Positions 61,820 to 62,264 of a DNA stretch of 62,264 nt are shown here, one piece after another. A program made the translations under genes and the position numbers. Where the stretch lies: positions 1 to 62,264 of the forward strand of contig JAUCBJ010002150.1 in NCBI GenBank assembly GCA_032718475.1, read 5' to 3'. The stretch is from Nemertoderma westbladi (taxonomy: Eukaryota > Animalia > Xenacoelomorpha). Below the pieces are notes generated by a model. That model saw nothing but the letters and a program-made list of their open reading frames with translations. It had not been told where the DNA came from and made no database searches. The first letter of the stretch is position 1, and every line of letters starts with the position of its first letter.

Positions 61820-62198
61820 ATTACTGCATTAGGATTACTGGATTAAGACCTGCCTGCCCTACAGCCCCCCTACCGCTCAGCCGCTACCGGTAGTACCGGT
61901 GTCGGTAGTGATTATAATTTTGTATTTTTAGGTACCGGTCTACTCTGCCGGTACCAGGTGGTACCGGTACTCGGGTACTGCACTGTCAGACTGTTCAGCT
62001 GTTTGAATTTTTACTAGGTCTCGCCTCTCGCCTCTCTGCCTATGGCAATATGGTAAAAATAGGTAAAAATATTATGAATAGCGTAATCTCGGTAATCTGC
62101 AGGCCTATGGTACTTACCGGTACTGCTGTTAGGCTGTACTGGTGGTACCGGTACAGATCCGCGAGATCACAGTAGGCCAGAAACGGGAACGAGTGAAA

Positions 62199-62213
62199 TT
62201 CAAATTTCCCGCG
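62199..62213 (-). promoter_or_regulatory. E2F/CDE-CHR-like composite motif
   Basis: TTCAAATTTCCCGCG equals CGCGGGAAATTTGAA on -, within an ACCGGT/AGGCCT-rich promoter-like tract. The same arrangement occurs at ~7293-7307. Confidence 0.3.
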
Positions 62214-62264
62214 GGAGCCATTCAGCAATTAACTGTAATCGTTGCAAATATGTAATAACACAAG

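Overview
Repeat-rich eukaryotic (invertebrate-type metazoan) genomic DNA, not prokaryotic. About one third of the window is tandem repeat: a ~415-bp satellite, two 23-bp arrays, a 35-bp array and a 46-bp array. Host genes are all on the - strand: an intronless FN3/PAN/EGF type I membrane protein with a Tyr-repeat tail; four type II membrane mucin-stalk fibrinogen-domain (FReD) paralogs (one intact, one truncated, two decayed); the last two exons of a chymotrypsin-family protease; and an intronless glutathione reductase. Mobile elements: a broken ~3.8-kb gag-like ORF with no pol; a 5'-truncated RTE-type LINE with a 56-bp TSD; an apparently full-length young LINE nested inside the RT of an older LINE (12-bp TSD); foldback MITEs; and a 2.5-kb non-autonomous TIR element with a 4-bp TSD. 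Most notable: the 6.4-kb 35-bp array appears to have been born in place from LINE coding sequence; the nested LINE hides a zinc finger between the ORF1 stop and an AUG-less ORF2; and the receptor/FReD cluster looks like a fast-evolving recognition locus. All alignments and translations outside the supplied ORF track were done by eye.
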